A stretch of 64,000 nt of DNA from an uncultured Clostridia bacterium (GTDB lineage: Bacteria; Bacillota; Clostridia; Christensenellales; UBA1242): positions 106,899 to 170,898 of the forward strand of contig CALVMV010000002.1 of assembly GCA_944349375.1 (NCBI GenBank), read 5' to 3'. A model generated the notes under the pieces. The model was not told where the DNA came from. It did not search any database and saw nothing but the letters and a program-made list of their open reading frames with translations. How positions within the stretch are numbered: the first letter of the stretch is position 1; every line of letters starts with the position of its first letter. Shown here in pieces: positions 26,246-35,191 of this stretch. The translations under genes and the position numbers were made by a program.

Positions 26246-27315
26246 TATTTAAGGCAGTATTCCCCGCCTAACATCCTTGTTATTATTCCACGAATTTCAA
26301 GTATTGTCAAATAACTATTCAAATTATTTATAGGTAGACCTGTTTTAATTGTCAAGTCTTCAATCTTTTGTGGGGACGATTGCAAAGCTTTGCAAATCAA
26401 ATCTTCTTCAAAAGATAATTGAATAGTATTGACCGATTTGTTTTCTTTCACATCAATTTTTAATGCCTGTAAAATTTGTTCAGGAGATGTAACCCCCATT
26501 CCTTGACCAGTGCAAATAATTTCATTTGGCAACATACTTTTTTCATTGTTAATATTTCCAGGCACTGCAAAAACATCTTTTCCAAAATCAAGCGCAAAAT
26601 CTCTAGTGTATAAAGTTCCACTCTTAATACCAGCTTCAGTGATTAAAACTCCATCGCTAAGCCCTGCGATAATTCTATTACGGGCAGGAAAAGAATATCT
26701 AGTTGCTTTAGTAGATGGACAATACTCAGAAAGTAATAATCCTTTTTGAGCAATAGTATTTGCTAAATCACGGTGGTAAGAAGGATAAATATTGTTTATT
26801 CCACAGCCAAGAACAGCAACCGTTTTTCCGCCCACTTCTAAACTTTGTCTGTGAGCAATGGTATCAACTCCATAAGCTAGACCAGAAATAATTGCAACAT
26901 TGTTTTTTGCAAGAACACCCGCAAATTTTTCAGTAACCATTCTTCCATAACTCGTAGGCATTCTTGTTCCTACAATAGCAATAGAAGGCATATTTAATAA
27001 AGACAAATCTCCTTTATAAAATAGAAAAAAAGGACAATCTTCAATACCCAACAATTTTTTTGGAAATTCTCTATCCAATTTACAAATTAAATTTATACCC
27101 AAAGTTTCTAAATTTTCAATATAAGCTTTTACAAATCTTTCATCAGCAAGCTCTAACATTTTACTTCGAAGTTGAGAAGATATAAAATCAAATTTTAAGC
27201 GACAAAAATTTGAAAAAGTGTAGTTCCCTTCCATTTTATCAATAATCATCTCAACTTTGCTTGCTGGCAAATCAAATTGAGATAAATAAAAAATAAACAT
27301 TCTTTTTTCGTTCAT
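26245..27315 (-). CDS. dprA: DNA processing protein DprA
   Basis: The Rossmann-like core IAIVGTRMPTSYG...ISGLAYGVDTIAH is present, together with a C-terminal winged-helix-like tail. Confidence 0.9.
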   Translation of the reverse strand: MNEKRMFIFYLSQFDLPASKVEMIIDKMEGNYTFSNFCRLKFDFISSQLRSKMLELADERFVKAYIENLETLGINLICKLDREFPKKLLGIEDCPFFLFYKGDLSLLNMPSIAIVGTRMPTSYGRMVTEKFAGVLAKNNVAIISGLAYGVDTIAHRQSLEVGGKTVAVLGCGINNIYPSYHRDLANTIAQKGLLLSEYCPSTKATRYSFPARNRIIAGLSDGVLITEAGIKSGTLYTRDFALDFGKDVFAVPGNINNEKSMLPNEIICTGQGMGVTSPEQILQALKIDVKENKSVNTIQLSFEEDLICKALQSSPQKIEDLTIKTGLPINNLNSYLTILEIRGIITRMLGGEYCLK

Positions 27316-27383
27316 ACCTCAAAGATTATAGCATAGTTTTTATAAATATCAAAATTATAAAAGCAAATTTAGATTAGTAAAAA

Positions 27384-27403
27384 AACGCCATGTTCGTGGC
27401 GTT
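27384..27403 (-). terminator. Rho-independent terminator after comM (overlaps its stop codon)
   Basis: The stem AACGCCA/TGGCGTT is followed by TTTTTTT on the minus strand. Confidence 0.6.
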
Positions 27404-28931
27404 AAAAATATTTTCTATCTAAAGTTCGATAACTTATAGCTTCTGCAATATGTTTAGCTAAAATGTTTTCTTCTCTTTCTAGATCAGCAATTGTTCGAGC
27501 AACTCTCAAAATTCTATCGTGCGCTCTTGCAGAAAGTTTAAGTTTTTCAAAAGCATTTTTTAAAAGTTGTTCTCCAATTTGATCTAATTTACAATATTTT
27601 TTTGTTTGCACAGAAGTCATTTGTGCGTTTGAATAGTTTTTATCTTTTGCAAAGCGTTTAAGTTGAATCTCTCTAGCTTCATCAACTCTTGCTTTAATGC
27701 TAACCGAACATTCTTCTTCACCTTCGCTTTTTAATTGGTCGTAAGTTACATTTTCAACTTCAATATGAATATCAATTCTATCCATGATAGGTCCAGAAAG
27801 TTTAGAAAGATATTTGTTTATTTGTGAAGGCGAACATTTACATTCTTTGTCTTTAGACCCATAATTTCCACAAGGGCAAGGATTCATAGAAGCAATTAAA
27901 GTAAAATTAGCAGGATATGTAATAGTAGCATTAGAACGAGCCACTGTAATCACACCATCTTCTAAAGGTTGTCTTAAAGTTTCAATAGTATGCCTAGAAT
28001 ACTCAGGGAATTCATCTAAGAATAGCACTCCGTTGTGAGCAAGAGAAATTTCTCCTGGTTTACTATTCGTTCCACCACCTGTCAAACTAACAGTGCTAGC
28101 AGTATGATGTGGACTTCTAAAAGGTCGATTGCAAACTATCCCTTGCTTTAAATCAAGTTCACCAGCTATTGAGTGAATTTTTGTAACTTCTAAAGCTTCT
28201 TCAAAAGTCAAATTAGGCAAAATAGTTGGGAAACATTTAGCAAGCATACTTTTCCCACTTCCGGGAGGACCAATCATAAGCAAATTGTGTCCACCTGCAG
28301 CCGCTATTTCAAGAGCTCTTTTTGCCATTTTTTGCCCTTTAACATGAGAAAAATCTAAGGGATAAGTTGTACTTGAAGACAAATTTTCAAATTTACACGA
28401 TTTTACAGGCGCTAGCTCTTTTTCTCCTTTTAAAAACTCTACCGTTTCAATCAAAGAATGGACACCATACACTTCAATTCCATCAATAAAACTAGCTTCA
28501 ACTATATTTTCATAAGGCACAATAAACTTTTTATATCCTAAATTACGAGCAGAAATTAAAATAGGTAAAAGACCTTTTATTTTTTTCACCGAACCATCAA
28601 AAGAAAGTTCTCCTAAAAAAGCAAAATCTTTTTCGTTTTTAATACCATTTTCTTCATTGCAAGACAAAATAGCTATAGCAATGCCTAAATCATATAAAGC
28701 CCCTTCCTTTTTCATATCTGCTGGTGCAAGATTGACAATAATTCTTTTAACGGGATATTCTAAAGCACTATTTCTAATAGCTGAGCGAACTCTTTCTTTT
28801 GATTCTTTAATTGCAGTGTCAGCCATACCGACTATTTCAAAATGAGGAAGCCCATTGGAAACATCTGCTTCAATATCAATTTTAAATCCATCAATGCCTT
28901 TTAAACCAAAGCTAACAACTTTTGCTAACAT
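27402..28931 (-). CDS. comM: YifB/ComM-family Mg-chelatase-like AAA+ ATPase
   Basis: A Lon-like N-terminal domain, Walker A GPPGSGKS and Walker B VLFLDEF are present, and the length is 509 aa. Confidence 0.9.
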   Translation of the reverse strand: MLAKVVSFGLKGIDGFKIDIEADVSNGLPHFEIVGMADTAIKESKERVRSAIRNSALEYPVKRIIVNLAPADMKKEGALYDLGIAIAILSCNEENGIKNEKDFAFLGELSFDGSVKKIKGLLPILISARNLGYKKFIVPYENIVEASFIDGIEVYGVHSLIETVEFLKGEKELAPVKSCKFENLSSSTTYPLDFSHVKGQKMAKRALEIAAAGGHNLLMIGPPGSGKSMLAKCFPTILPNLTFEEALEVTKIHSIAGELDLKQGIVCNRPFRSPHHTASTVSLTGGGTNSKPGEISLAHNGVLFLDEFPEYSRHTIETLRQPLEDGVITVARSNATITYPANFTLIASMNPCPCGNYGSKDKECKCSPSQINKYLSKLSGPIMDRIDIHIEVENVTYDQLKSEGEEECSVSIKARVDEAREIQLKRFAKDKNYSNAQMTSVQTKKYCKLDQIGEQLLKNAFEKLKLSARAHDRILRVARTIADLEREENILAKHIAEAISYRTLDRKYF

Positions 28932-29599
28932 TTTTTCTCTTTTTCCCCTTTTAATGCTTTTAAAATTTTCTTTTGATTATTATTTAACCTAAATGACTCG
29001 CAAGCTTTAGAAATAGATTTTTTAAAAATAAAATCATCATTTATTTTTTCTAATACTTTTAAAGTTTTATCAAAGTCAATCACAAATGCATCTGCAATTG
29101 CCCAAGACTGAGCCATTTTAACATAATAATCTTGATTATTTATTGTTAAAATTTTTTTAATCACATCAAAATCATCTTTTAAACAGTTGTTTTTTAGCCA
29201 AACAATTCCAAATCTTATATAAAAAGGTTTATCACTTGAAAGCAAACTTTCAAAAAATTCTTTTTCTTCTTTCATATTCTTTAGTCTTGCAACAATCATA
29301 TCGCAAGTTGCCCAATTATCAATGTATGGAAGTATTTGTCTAATAAAAGATATTTTTAAATCTTTGTCCTTTATTTTCCCTATAACAAACCCCTTAATTA
29401 AAATATCTTCATGACAATTTGTAGGCAAAGACGATACATCAAAATTATTTGAAATTAAAAATTTAACAAATTTTTCTATTTCAGAAGTTTTAACTCCTCT
29501 TATTTCAAAATTTGAACTGATTAATTTTTTATCAAAATTGGCTTTTTCAAAATTAGAATTTTCATTATAAAAATCTTGATATAACTTTAAAATGTTCAT
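28925..29599 (-). CDS. DNA alkylation repair protein (AlkD-like HEAT-repeat family)
   Basis: An all-helical 224-aa protein with motifs (NWATCDMIV, MAQSWAIADAF) like those of the DNA alkylation repair enzyme family. This is a motif-level call only. Confidence 0.6.
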   Translation of the reverse strand: MNILKLYQDFYNENSNFEKANFDKKLISSNFEIRGVKTSEIEKFVKFLISNNFDVSSLPTNCHEDILIKGFVIGKIKDKDLKISFIRQILPYIDNWATCDMIVARLKNMKEEKEFFESLLSSDKPFYIRFGIVWLKNNCLKDDFDVIKKILTINNQDYYVKMAQSWAIADAFVIDFDKTLKVLEKINDDFIFKKSISKACESFRLNNNQKKILKALKGEKEKKC

Positions 29600-29644
29600 A
29601 TGTCAATATTAACACAAAAACTATTTGTTTCCAAATAAATAATA

Positions 29645-29677
29645 AACAAAAAATTACAACTAAAAAGTTGTAATTTT
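29645..29677 (-). terminator. Rho-independent terminator after rplS
   Basis: The stem AAATTACAAC/GTTGTAATTT is followed by TTTTTG on the minus strand. Confidence 0.7.
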
Positions 29678-29690
29678 ACTTTAATTATTT

Positions 29691-30041
29691 TTATTTGTTG
29701 TCAGCAGATTTAATTTTAGCAGCTTTACCAGTCAATTCTCTAACGTAGTAAAGTTTTGCTCTTCTAGGTTGAGCTTTTCTTACTACTTCAACACTTGCAA
29801 CAAGTGGAGAGTGAATAGGGAAAGTTCTTTCAACGCCAACACCATTTGAAATTTTTCTAACAGTGAAAGTTTCTCTGATACCACCATTTTTTCTAGCAAT
29901 AACAACACCTTCGAATCCTTGGATTCTTTCTTTATCGCCTTCTTTAATTTTAACGCCAACTTTAACAGTATCACCGATATTAAATTCAGGGGCATTTTCT
30001 TTCATGTTTTCTTTTTCGATTTGGTCGATAATATTTGCCAT
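29691..30041 (-). CDS. rplS: 50S ribosomal protein L19
   Basis: [11 protein letters not shown]...FNIGDTVKV...[13 protein letters not shown] is a classic L19 sequence. The ATG at 30041 has an AAAAGGAG RBS; the track ORF starts upstream of it. Confidence 0.95.
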   Translation of the reverse strand: MANIIDQIEKENMKENAPEFNIGDTVKVGVKIKEGDKERIQGFEGVVIARKNGGIRETFTVRKISNGVGVERTFPIHSPLVASVEVVRKAQPRRAKLYYVRELTGKAAKIKSADNK

Positions 30042-30089
30042 TATTTTTCTCCTTTTAAGATTTTTCAATCAAAAATAAATATATAACGA

Positions 30090-30272
30090 TTAACCTCTTT
30101 TTCTAGCTCTTTTTCTAGCTGCTTCGCGTTTCTTTTTCTTAGCAACGCTTGGCTTATCATAGGCTTCTTTTTTTCTGATATCGCCAATAATACCATCTTT
30201 TTGGCATTTTCTCTTAAATCTTTTAAGAGCACTTTCAAGACTTTCGTTCTCGCCTACTTTAACAGTTGTCAA
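30090..30272 (-). CDS. rpsU: 30S ribosomal protein S21
   Basis: [20 protein letters not shown] is typical of S21. The likely start is TTG at 30272, after AGGTGGTGA; the track GTG at 30284 lies inside that RBS. Confidence 0.9.
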   Translation of the reverse strand: MTTVKVGENESLESALKRFKRKCQKDGIIGDIRKKEAYDKPSVAKKKKREAARKRARKRG

Positions 30273-30307
30273 TCTTCTCACCACCTTTCAATATAAAGTT
30301 CTTTTTT

Positions 30308-30336
30308 ATTATATTTGTAACAAAACAAAAAGTCAA
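30308..30336 (-). promoter_or_regulatory. sigma-A-type promoter of rpsU
   Basis: The minus strand reads TTGACT, 17 nt, then TATAAT. Confidence 0.6.
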
Positions 30337-30355
30337 GAATTTTTCTCAAATTATT

Positions 30356-31615
30356 TTAAATTAATTCGCACACAGCTCCGTCAATATAAGGTTTAACAAT
30401 TTTTACATTTACAACTTGATTTATAATGTCATCGTTAGCTTTAATGTAACACTTAATGTAATTTTCACTATATCCTACATAAAAATTTTCAACCTTTTCT
30501 TCTATTAAAACTTTTGCTGTTTTGTTGTTTTTAATAAAGTTTTCCCTTAATTGCAAATCTATAGTTTCTAAAACTTTTGACCTTTGCTTTTTTACATCAG
30601 CACTTAAATCTTTTAATTTTGAAGCAACTGTTCCTTCTCTTTTTGAATACTGAAAAATATGCAATCCCGAAAAAGCAACATCTTTAATAAAATCACAACT
30701 TTCTTCAAAATTTTCATCTGTTTCAGTTGGAAAACCAACAATAACATCTGTCGTAATGCCTGCAGTAGGAAAATATTCTCTAATTAATTTTACAGAATTT
30801 AAAAATTCAGCAGGTGTATATTGTCTGTTCATCTTTTTTAAAACATCTAAGCTTCCACTTTGCAATGATAAATGGAAATGAGGACAAAAGTTTTTGAGTA
30901 AAGACAATCTTTTGATAAAATCTTCATCAACCAAAGTTTCTTCCATTGATGACAACCTTAACCTTTTCCCTAACTTATCTAGTTTTTCTAAAAGGATAAT
31001 TAAACCTTTTTCATTATTGATTTTATAATCTGTAACATTAATTCCTGTCAATACAATTTCTTTTATTTCATTTGGCAAGGCCTTTGCTTCTTCTAGTATA
31101 GAATTTAAATCTCTTGACCTGCTCCTACCTCTTAAATAAGGTATAATACAATAAGAACAAAAATTATTACATCCATCTTGAATTTTTATGTATGCTCTAG
31201 TTCTAGTTTGCTTAGCAAAACTGCTTGCTTCATACTTTAAAGGTAAATCTGAAATATTTTTGGTATAAGTCATTTTATTATTGTGAATTTTTTCAATTAT
31301 ATTTGTTAAATCAAATTTTTTAGCTGTGCCCGAAACAAAATTTATATTTTTATCTTCAAATTGTTTAAAATTATTTTGACTAGCACAACCACAAACTAAG
31401 ATTTTAGCATCAGGATTTAACTTTTTGCACTTTGCTATCATTTGTCTTGATTTTTTCTCTGCCTCGCTAGTTACAGCACAAGTGTTAATAATATAAACAT
31501 CTGCTTTGACAAGATTATCAAAAACCTCATGACCATTTTTTTCAAGATCATGAGAAATCACATCACTTTCATATTTATTTACCTTGCACCCTAAAGTTAA
31601 AACTGAAATTTTCAC
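30356..31615 (-). CDS. mtaB: tRNA t6A37 methylthiotransferase MtaB (radical SAM, MiaB-like)
   Basis: The N-terminal UPF0004 cysteines (LGCKVN, NTCAVT, CGC), the radical-SAM CNNFCSYC motif and a TRAM-like C-terminus are present. GTG start. Confidence 0.85.
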   Translation of the reverse strand: MKISVLTLGCKVNKYESDVISHDLEKNGHEVFDNLVKADVYIINTCAVTSEAEKKSRQMIAKCKKLNPDAKILVCGCASQNNFKQFEDKNINFVSGTAKKFDLTNIIEKIHNNKMTYTKNISDLPLKYEASSFAKQTRTRAYIKIQDGCNNFCSYCIIPYLRGRSRSRDLNSILEEAKALPNEIKEIVLTGINVTDYKINNEKGLIILLEKLDKLGKRLRLSSMEETLVDEDFIKRLSLLKNFCPHFHLSLQSGSLDVLKKMNRQYTPAEFLNSVKLIREYFPTAGITTDVIVGFPTETDENFEESCDFIKDVAFSGLHIFQYSKREGTVASKLKDLSADVKKQRSKVLETIDLQLRENFIKNNKTAKVLIEEKVENFYVGYSENYIKCYIKANDDIINQVVNVKIVKPYIDGAVCELI

Positions 31616-31627
31616 CTAGCCATTATA

Positions 31628-31697
31628 ACAAAATAAAATAAATTAATCAATAAAAATGAATAACAAAAAAAAGACTAACTTAGTTAGCCTTTTTATT
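31628..31697. repeat. direct repeat copy 1 (terminator plus promoter-like block); partner at 33380-33446
   Basis: The sequence aataaattaatcaataaaaatgaataacaaaaaaaagactaacttagttagcctttttattt matches the second copy, with one substitution and a 4-nt indel at the edge. Confidence 0.85.
31664..31690 (-). terminator. Rho-independent terminator after the WG-repeat gene
   Basis: The minus strand reads AGGCTAAC-TAA-GTTAGTCT followed by TTTTTTTT. Confidence 0.6.
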
Positions 31698-31824
31698 TTT
31701 GTCATTTATATCTTTTATAAAATTTTTATCAAAAAATGCTTCGATCAAAGATATCAATTCTTTTTTCTTTTCTTCAATGCCTTTTTCTGCCATACTAACT
31801 CCTATAAAATAAAATTTGTAGTTT

Positions 31825-33291
31825 TTAAGTTTTTTCATTAAAGAAATTATCTATTTGACTTAGCAATTCTTTTTTCTCTTTCTTTTCTTTTTCAGCCAAT
31901 TTTTCAATTTCTAAAACATAACTATTAATTTTGTCTTTTGCAACTTCAGTTTTTTCATTTATTAACTTCATAACATCTTGAACATATCTAGATGCACTAT
32001 CAATATCTTCTGCTTCTTTGACATAATTGACTAAAACTTGTTTTATAACAGCATTGACTTCTTTCATAAATTTTTCATCAGCAAACCTATGGAAAGGAAT
32101 AAACTTAAACATCATAGGATCTTTTTCAAGAACTGATTTCCATTTTTTTAAATTAAAATCTATCTCTCCATATTCGTTTATATAATAATAAGGGCCGTCC
32201 TCTTCAAACTGAACACGAGCAACTCCATCGTTGTAAAAATAAACATTTCTGTATCTACCTTCTTGCAATTTACCTTCTTTGTCAACAAAAGTCCAAGAAT
32301 TATCTTGCAATTGAACGCGTGCAAAGCCTTCTGAATAATTCCTTGCATCTTGATATCTGCCTTCTTGCAATTTACCTTCTTTGTCAACAAAAGTAAAAGA
32401 ATCATCTTTCAATTGAACCAATGCAAATCCTTTTGAATAAGAGTGCGCTTCTTTATACCTTCCTTCTTGCAATTTGCCTTCTATGTCCATAAAGGTCCAA
32501 TAACCATCTTTTAATTGAACAACAGCAAAACCTTCTGAATAACTCCATGCTCTTTTATATCTTCCTTCTTGTAATTTGCCTTCTTTATCAACAAAAGCCC
32601 AAGAACCATCTTTTAATTGAACAGCAGCAAAACCTTCTGAATAACTCTGTGCATCTTCATATCTTCCTTCTTGCAATTTTCCTTCTTTGTCAACAAATGT
32701 ATAAAAACCATTTGTTAAGTAAACGCATGCAAAACCTTCTGAATAATCCCATACATATTTATATATTCCTTCTTGCAATTTTCCTTCTTTATCAACAAAT
32801 GTCCAAGAACCATCTTCTAATTGAACGCTCGCAAAACCTTCTGAATAATCCAATGCATATTCATATCTTCCTTCTTGCAATTTGCCTTTTATGTCCATAA
32901 AGGTCCAATAACCATCTTGCAATTTAATGCGTGCAAATCCTTCGTTGTAATCATAAAACTTTCTATATCTACCTTTTTGTAATTTGCCTTCACTGTCAAC
33001 AAAGGTCCAATAACCATTTTGCAATTCAATGCGTGCAAATCCTTTGTGGTAATCATAAAACTCTCTATATATGCCTTCTTGTAATTTGCCTTCACTGTCA
33101 ACAAAGGTCCAATAACCATTTTGCAATTGAACGCGTGCAAAGCCTTTATTGTAAAACTTAATATCTTTATATCTGCCTTTTTGTAATTTGCCTTCTGTAT
33201 TCATATAGGTCATTTGTCCATCATCCAATTCAACTACAGCCCAGCCATCATGAAAATCTTCTATTCTCTTTACCCCACTTGGTATTTTCAT
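31825..33291 (-). CDS. WG-repeat (KWG-type) protein, cytoplasmic, with a coiled-coil C-terminal tail
   Basis: About ten tandem 34-aa units (EGKLQEGRYxxAxxYSEGFAxVQLxDGSWTFVDK) are followed by a ~130-aa non-repeat helical tail. RBS GGAGGAAGG. No signal peptide. Confidence 0.8.
   Translation of the reverse strand: MKIPSGVKRIEDFHDGWAVVELDDGQMTYMNTEGKLQKGRYKDIKFYNKGFARVQLQNGYWTFVDSEGKLQEGIYREFYDYHKGFARIELQNGYWTFVDSEGKLQKGRYRKFYDYNEGFARIKLQDGYWTFMDIKGKLQEGRYEYALDYSEGFASVQLEDGSWTFVDKEGKLQEGIYKYVWDYSEGFACVYLTNGFYTFVDKEGKLQEGRYEDAQSYSEGFAAVQLKDGSWAFVDKEGKLQEGRYKRAWSYSEGFAVVQLKDGYWTFMDIEGKLQEGRYKEAHSYSKGFALVQLKDDSFTFVDKEGKLQEGRYQDARNYSEGFARVQLQDNSWTFVDKEGKLQEGRYRNVYFYNDGVARVQFEEDGPYYYINEYGEIDFNLKKWKSVLEKDPMMFKFIPFHRFADEKFMKEVNAVIKQVLVNYVKEAEDIDSASRYVQDVMKLINEKTEVAKDKINSYVLEIEKLAEKEKKEKKELLSQIDNFFNEKT
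32196..33234 (-). repeat. tandem 102-bp coding repeats (WG units)
   Basis: Strings such as ccttcttgcaatttgccttc recur every 102 nt, in frame. Confidence 0.85.
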
Positions 33292-33379
33292 ATCCTTCCT
33301 CCACTCAATAGTATTTTATCATATAAACTAAGTCATGTCAATACCAAAAATAAGAACAACTTCTGCATTTAATTATTGC

Positions 33380-33446
33380 AACAAAATAAATTAATCAATA
33401 AAAATAAATAACAAAAAAAAGACTAACTTAGTTAGCCTTTTTATTT
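33380..33446. repeat. direct repeat copy 2 (partner of 31628-31697)
   Basis: Nearly identical to copy 1 and includes the same terminator hairpin. Confidence 0.85.
33412..33438 (-). terminator. Rho-independent terminator after the 70-aa WG gene
   Basis: Same hairpin and T-run as at 31664-31690. Confidence 0.6.
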
Positions 33447-33462
33447 ACTAAATCGAATAAAA

Positions 33463-33675
33463 TTACTTTTCATTGTCATTATCTTCTTTTTCACCAAAAA
33501 CAACCCCAACCTCTTGAAGAACATTGCCATCTTTATCAATATAAGCCCAATTCCCATTAGCAAGCCCTACCAAACGAATATCTTGTTTTTTTATTAATTG
33601 ATTTTTCCCAACCTTAAAACAAAATTCTCCATTTTTTAACTGCACAATACTTAACTTATCTTTTTTATTTTTCAT
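33463..33675 (-). CDS. small single-WG-repeat protein (70 aa)
   Basis: RBS AAGGAAG. The sequence contains LANGNWAYIDKDGNVLQE, one WG-type unit related to the neighbouring gene. Confidence 0.5.
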   Translation of the reverse strand: MKNKKDKLSIVQLKNGEFCFKVGKNQLIKKQDIRLVGLANGNWAYIDKDGNVLQEVGVVFGEKEDNDNEK

Positions 33676-33770
33676 AATATACTTCCTTATGATTTAATTA
33701 TATCTAAAAAGCAATAAAAGTCAATACTAAAATATTAAAAAAATTAAATTTTTAACAATAAAATAAATTG

Positions 33771-33799
33771 TTGATTTTTTAAAAAAAATATGTTAATAT
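33771..33799 (+). promoter_or_regulatory. sigma-A-type promoter of tRNA-Arg
   Basis: TTGATT, 17 nt, then TGtTAATAT, about 38 nt upstream of the tRNA. Confidence 0.45.
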
Positions 33800-33836
33800 T
33801 CATGAAAGAATAACCTATTTTTTTCAGACCAACTAT

Positions 33837-33911
33837 GTTCCCATAGTAAAGTGGATATTACAAGCCCCTCCTAAGGGCTAGTCACAGGTTCGAGTCCTGT
33901 TGGGAACACCA
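33837..33911 (+). tRNA. tRNA-Arg (anticodon CCT), CCA encoded
   Basis: I folded the cloverleaf by hand. The acceptor stem is GTTCCCA/TGGGAAC, the D stem GTAA/TTAC, the anticodon stem AGCCC/GGGCT with loop CTCCTAA, and the T arm ACAGG-TTCGAGT-CCTGT, followed by ACCA. Confidence 0.92.
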
Positions 33912-33947
33912 ACAAATTTAAAATTTATAATAATGGATTAATTAAAT

Positions 33948-34652
33948 ATGAGAAGATTTTTTGGAGAAAAAATAAATAATGATATTGTTATTAAAGATGA
34001 AGAATTTATTCATCTTACTAAAGTTTTAAGAATGAAAAAGGGCGACAATATTATTTGTATTGTTGATGATGATTTTGATTATTTATGCGAAATAGATGCT
34101 ATAGCAAAAAATTTTTGTAAAGCAAAAATAATTAGTTATAAAAAAAATTTATCTTTACCTAATAAAAATATCACCTTATTTCAAGCATTACCTAAAAAAG
34201 ATTATTTAGATGAAATAATTGCAAAATCTGTTGAACTAGGGGTTTCAAAATTACAACTTTTTTATTCAGAATATTCAAACAGCAAGGAAATAAAATTAAA
34301 TAGAATAAAATTTCAAATTATAACTGCAAGTAAACAATGTGAGCGCTCAAAATTAATGGCTTGCGAAAAATTAATTAGCTTTAACGAAATGATAAAATTA
34401 TTAAACCAATATGATATAATAATATTTGCAAACGAAAAAGAAGAGAAAAACAATTTTTTCAATATTAAAAATTTAGAAAAAGCTAAAAATATTGCTGTTA
34501 TTGTTGGTAACGAAGGTGGATTTTCAGATAAGGAAAGAGAAAATATTTTAACCTTAACTCAAAATTCAATTTCATTAGGTTCTAGGATTTTAAGATGTCC
34601 CACTGCCGTTGTATCCATCTTAAGCCTTATAAACTTATTTTCAGGTAATTAA
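33948..34652 (+). CDS. rsmE: 16S rRNA (uracil1498-N3)-methyltransferase RsmE
   Basis: MRRFF start, a PUA-like N-terminus, and the C-terminal SPOUT motif VGNEGGFSDKE...LGSRILR. Confidence 0.85.
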   Translation: MRRFFGEKINNDIVIKDEEFIHLTKVLRMKKGDNIICIVDDDFDYLCEIDAIAKNFCKAKIISYKKNLSLPNKNITLFQALPKKDYLDEIIAKSVELGVSKLQLFYSEYSNSKEIKLNRIKFQIITASKQCERSKLMACEKLISFNEMIKLLNQYDIIIFANEKEEKNNFFNIKNLEKAKNIAVIVGNEGGFSDKERENILTLTQNSISLGSRILRCPTAVVSILSLINLFSGN

Positions 34653-34654
34653 AA

Positions 34655-34676
34655 AAACGAACTTTATTGTTCGTTT
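34655..34676. terminator. bidirectional terminator between convergent rsmE and the 150-aa membrane protein gene
   Basis: The stem AAACGAAC/GTTCGTTT is flanked by an A7 run and a T7 run. Confidence 0.6.
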
Positions 34677-35116
34677 TTTTGTTCACTCTCCTTATCTTTT
34701 TCTTCCTTTTGTCTTTCGTAATAATTTTTGTAACCTTTTTTATGGTTATCTCCTTCATCCCATTTTTTGCCACCTGTAGCTAAGATGGAAATATTTAATC
34801 CTACTGCAACAATTAATGCAATAATTGGAAGAACCAAATTTTCTGGAATAACTATAGCAGAAATTAGACATAAAAGAGCCGAAATTAATAATACAACTCC
34901 AAACCATATTTTTAATTTCTTTAAAGTCGTAGTACTTTTTTGAAAAATGCCATTAAGAAGAAAAATTAATCCAAGTCCAGCACAAATAGTTACACCTGCC
35001 CACGCCAGCGAATATCCACCGAAAGTTTCAGGAACAGTTTCTGCTAGTAACCAAAATAAAACTGCTACAAAAACAATCATTGCTCCACAAATTTTATATA
35101 TAAAATTTTTACTCAT
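34664..35116 (-). CDS. small 4-TM membrane protein with a charged C-terminal tail
   Basis: RBS GGGAGGGGA. Four hydrophobic segments are followed by KKGYKNYYERQKEEKDKE. Confidence 0.6.
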   Translation of the reverse strand: MSKNFIYKICGAMIVFVAVLFWLLAETVPETFGGYSLAWAGVTICAGLGLIFLLNGIFQKSTTTLKKLKIWFGVVLLISALLCLISAIVIPENLVLPIIALIVAVGLNISILATGGKKWDEGDNHKKGYKNYYERQKEEKDKESEQKNEQ

Positions 35117-35191
35117 TATCCCCTCCCAAATAATTTATAAATCAATTTATTATTTTAATTATATCAAAATTAAAACAATTTTCAAAACATT

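Noticed and set aside
31656-31841. A 61-aa plus-strand ORF in the mtaB/WG intergenic region.
   Set aside because: Its F/I/K-rich product is an AT-rich artefact with no RBS. The region is better explained by a minus-strand terminator, a promoter-like block and a possible 37-aa minus-strand ORF.
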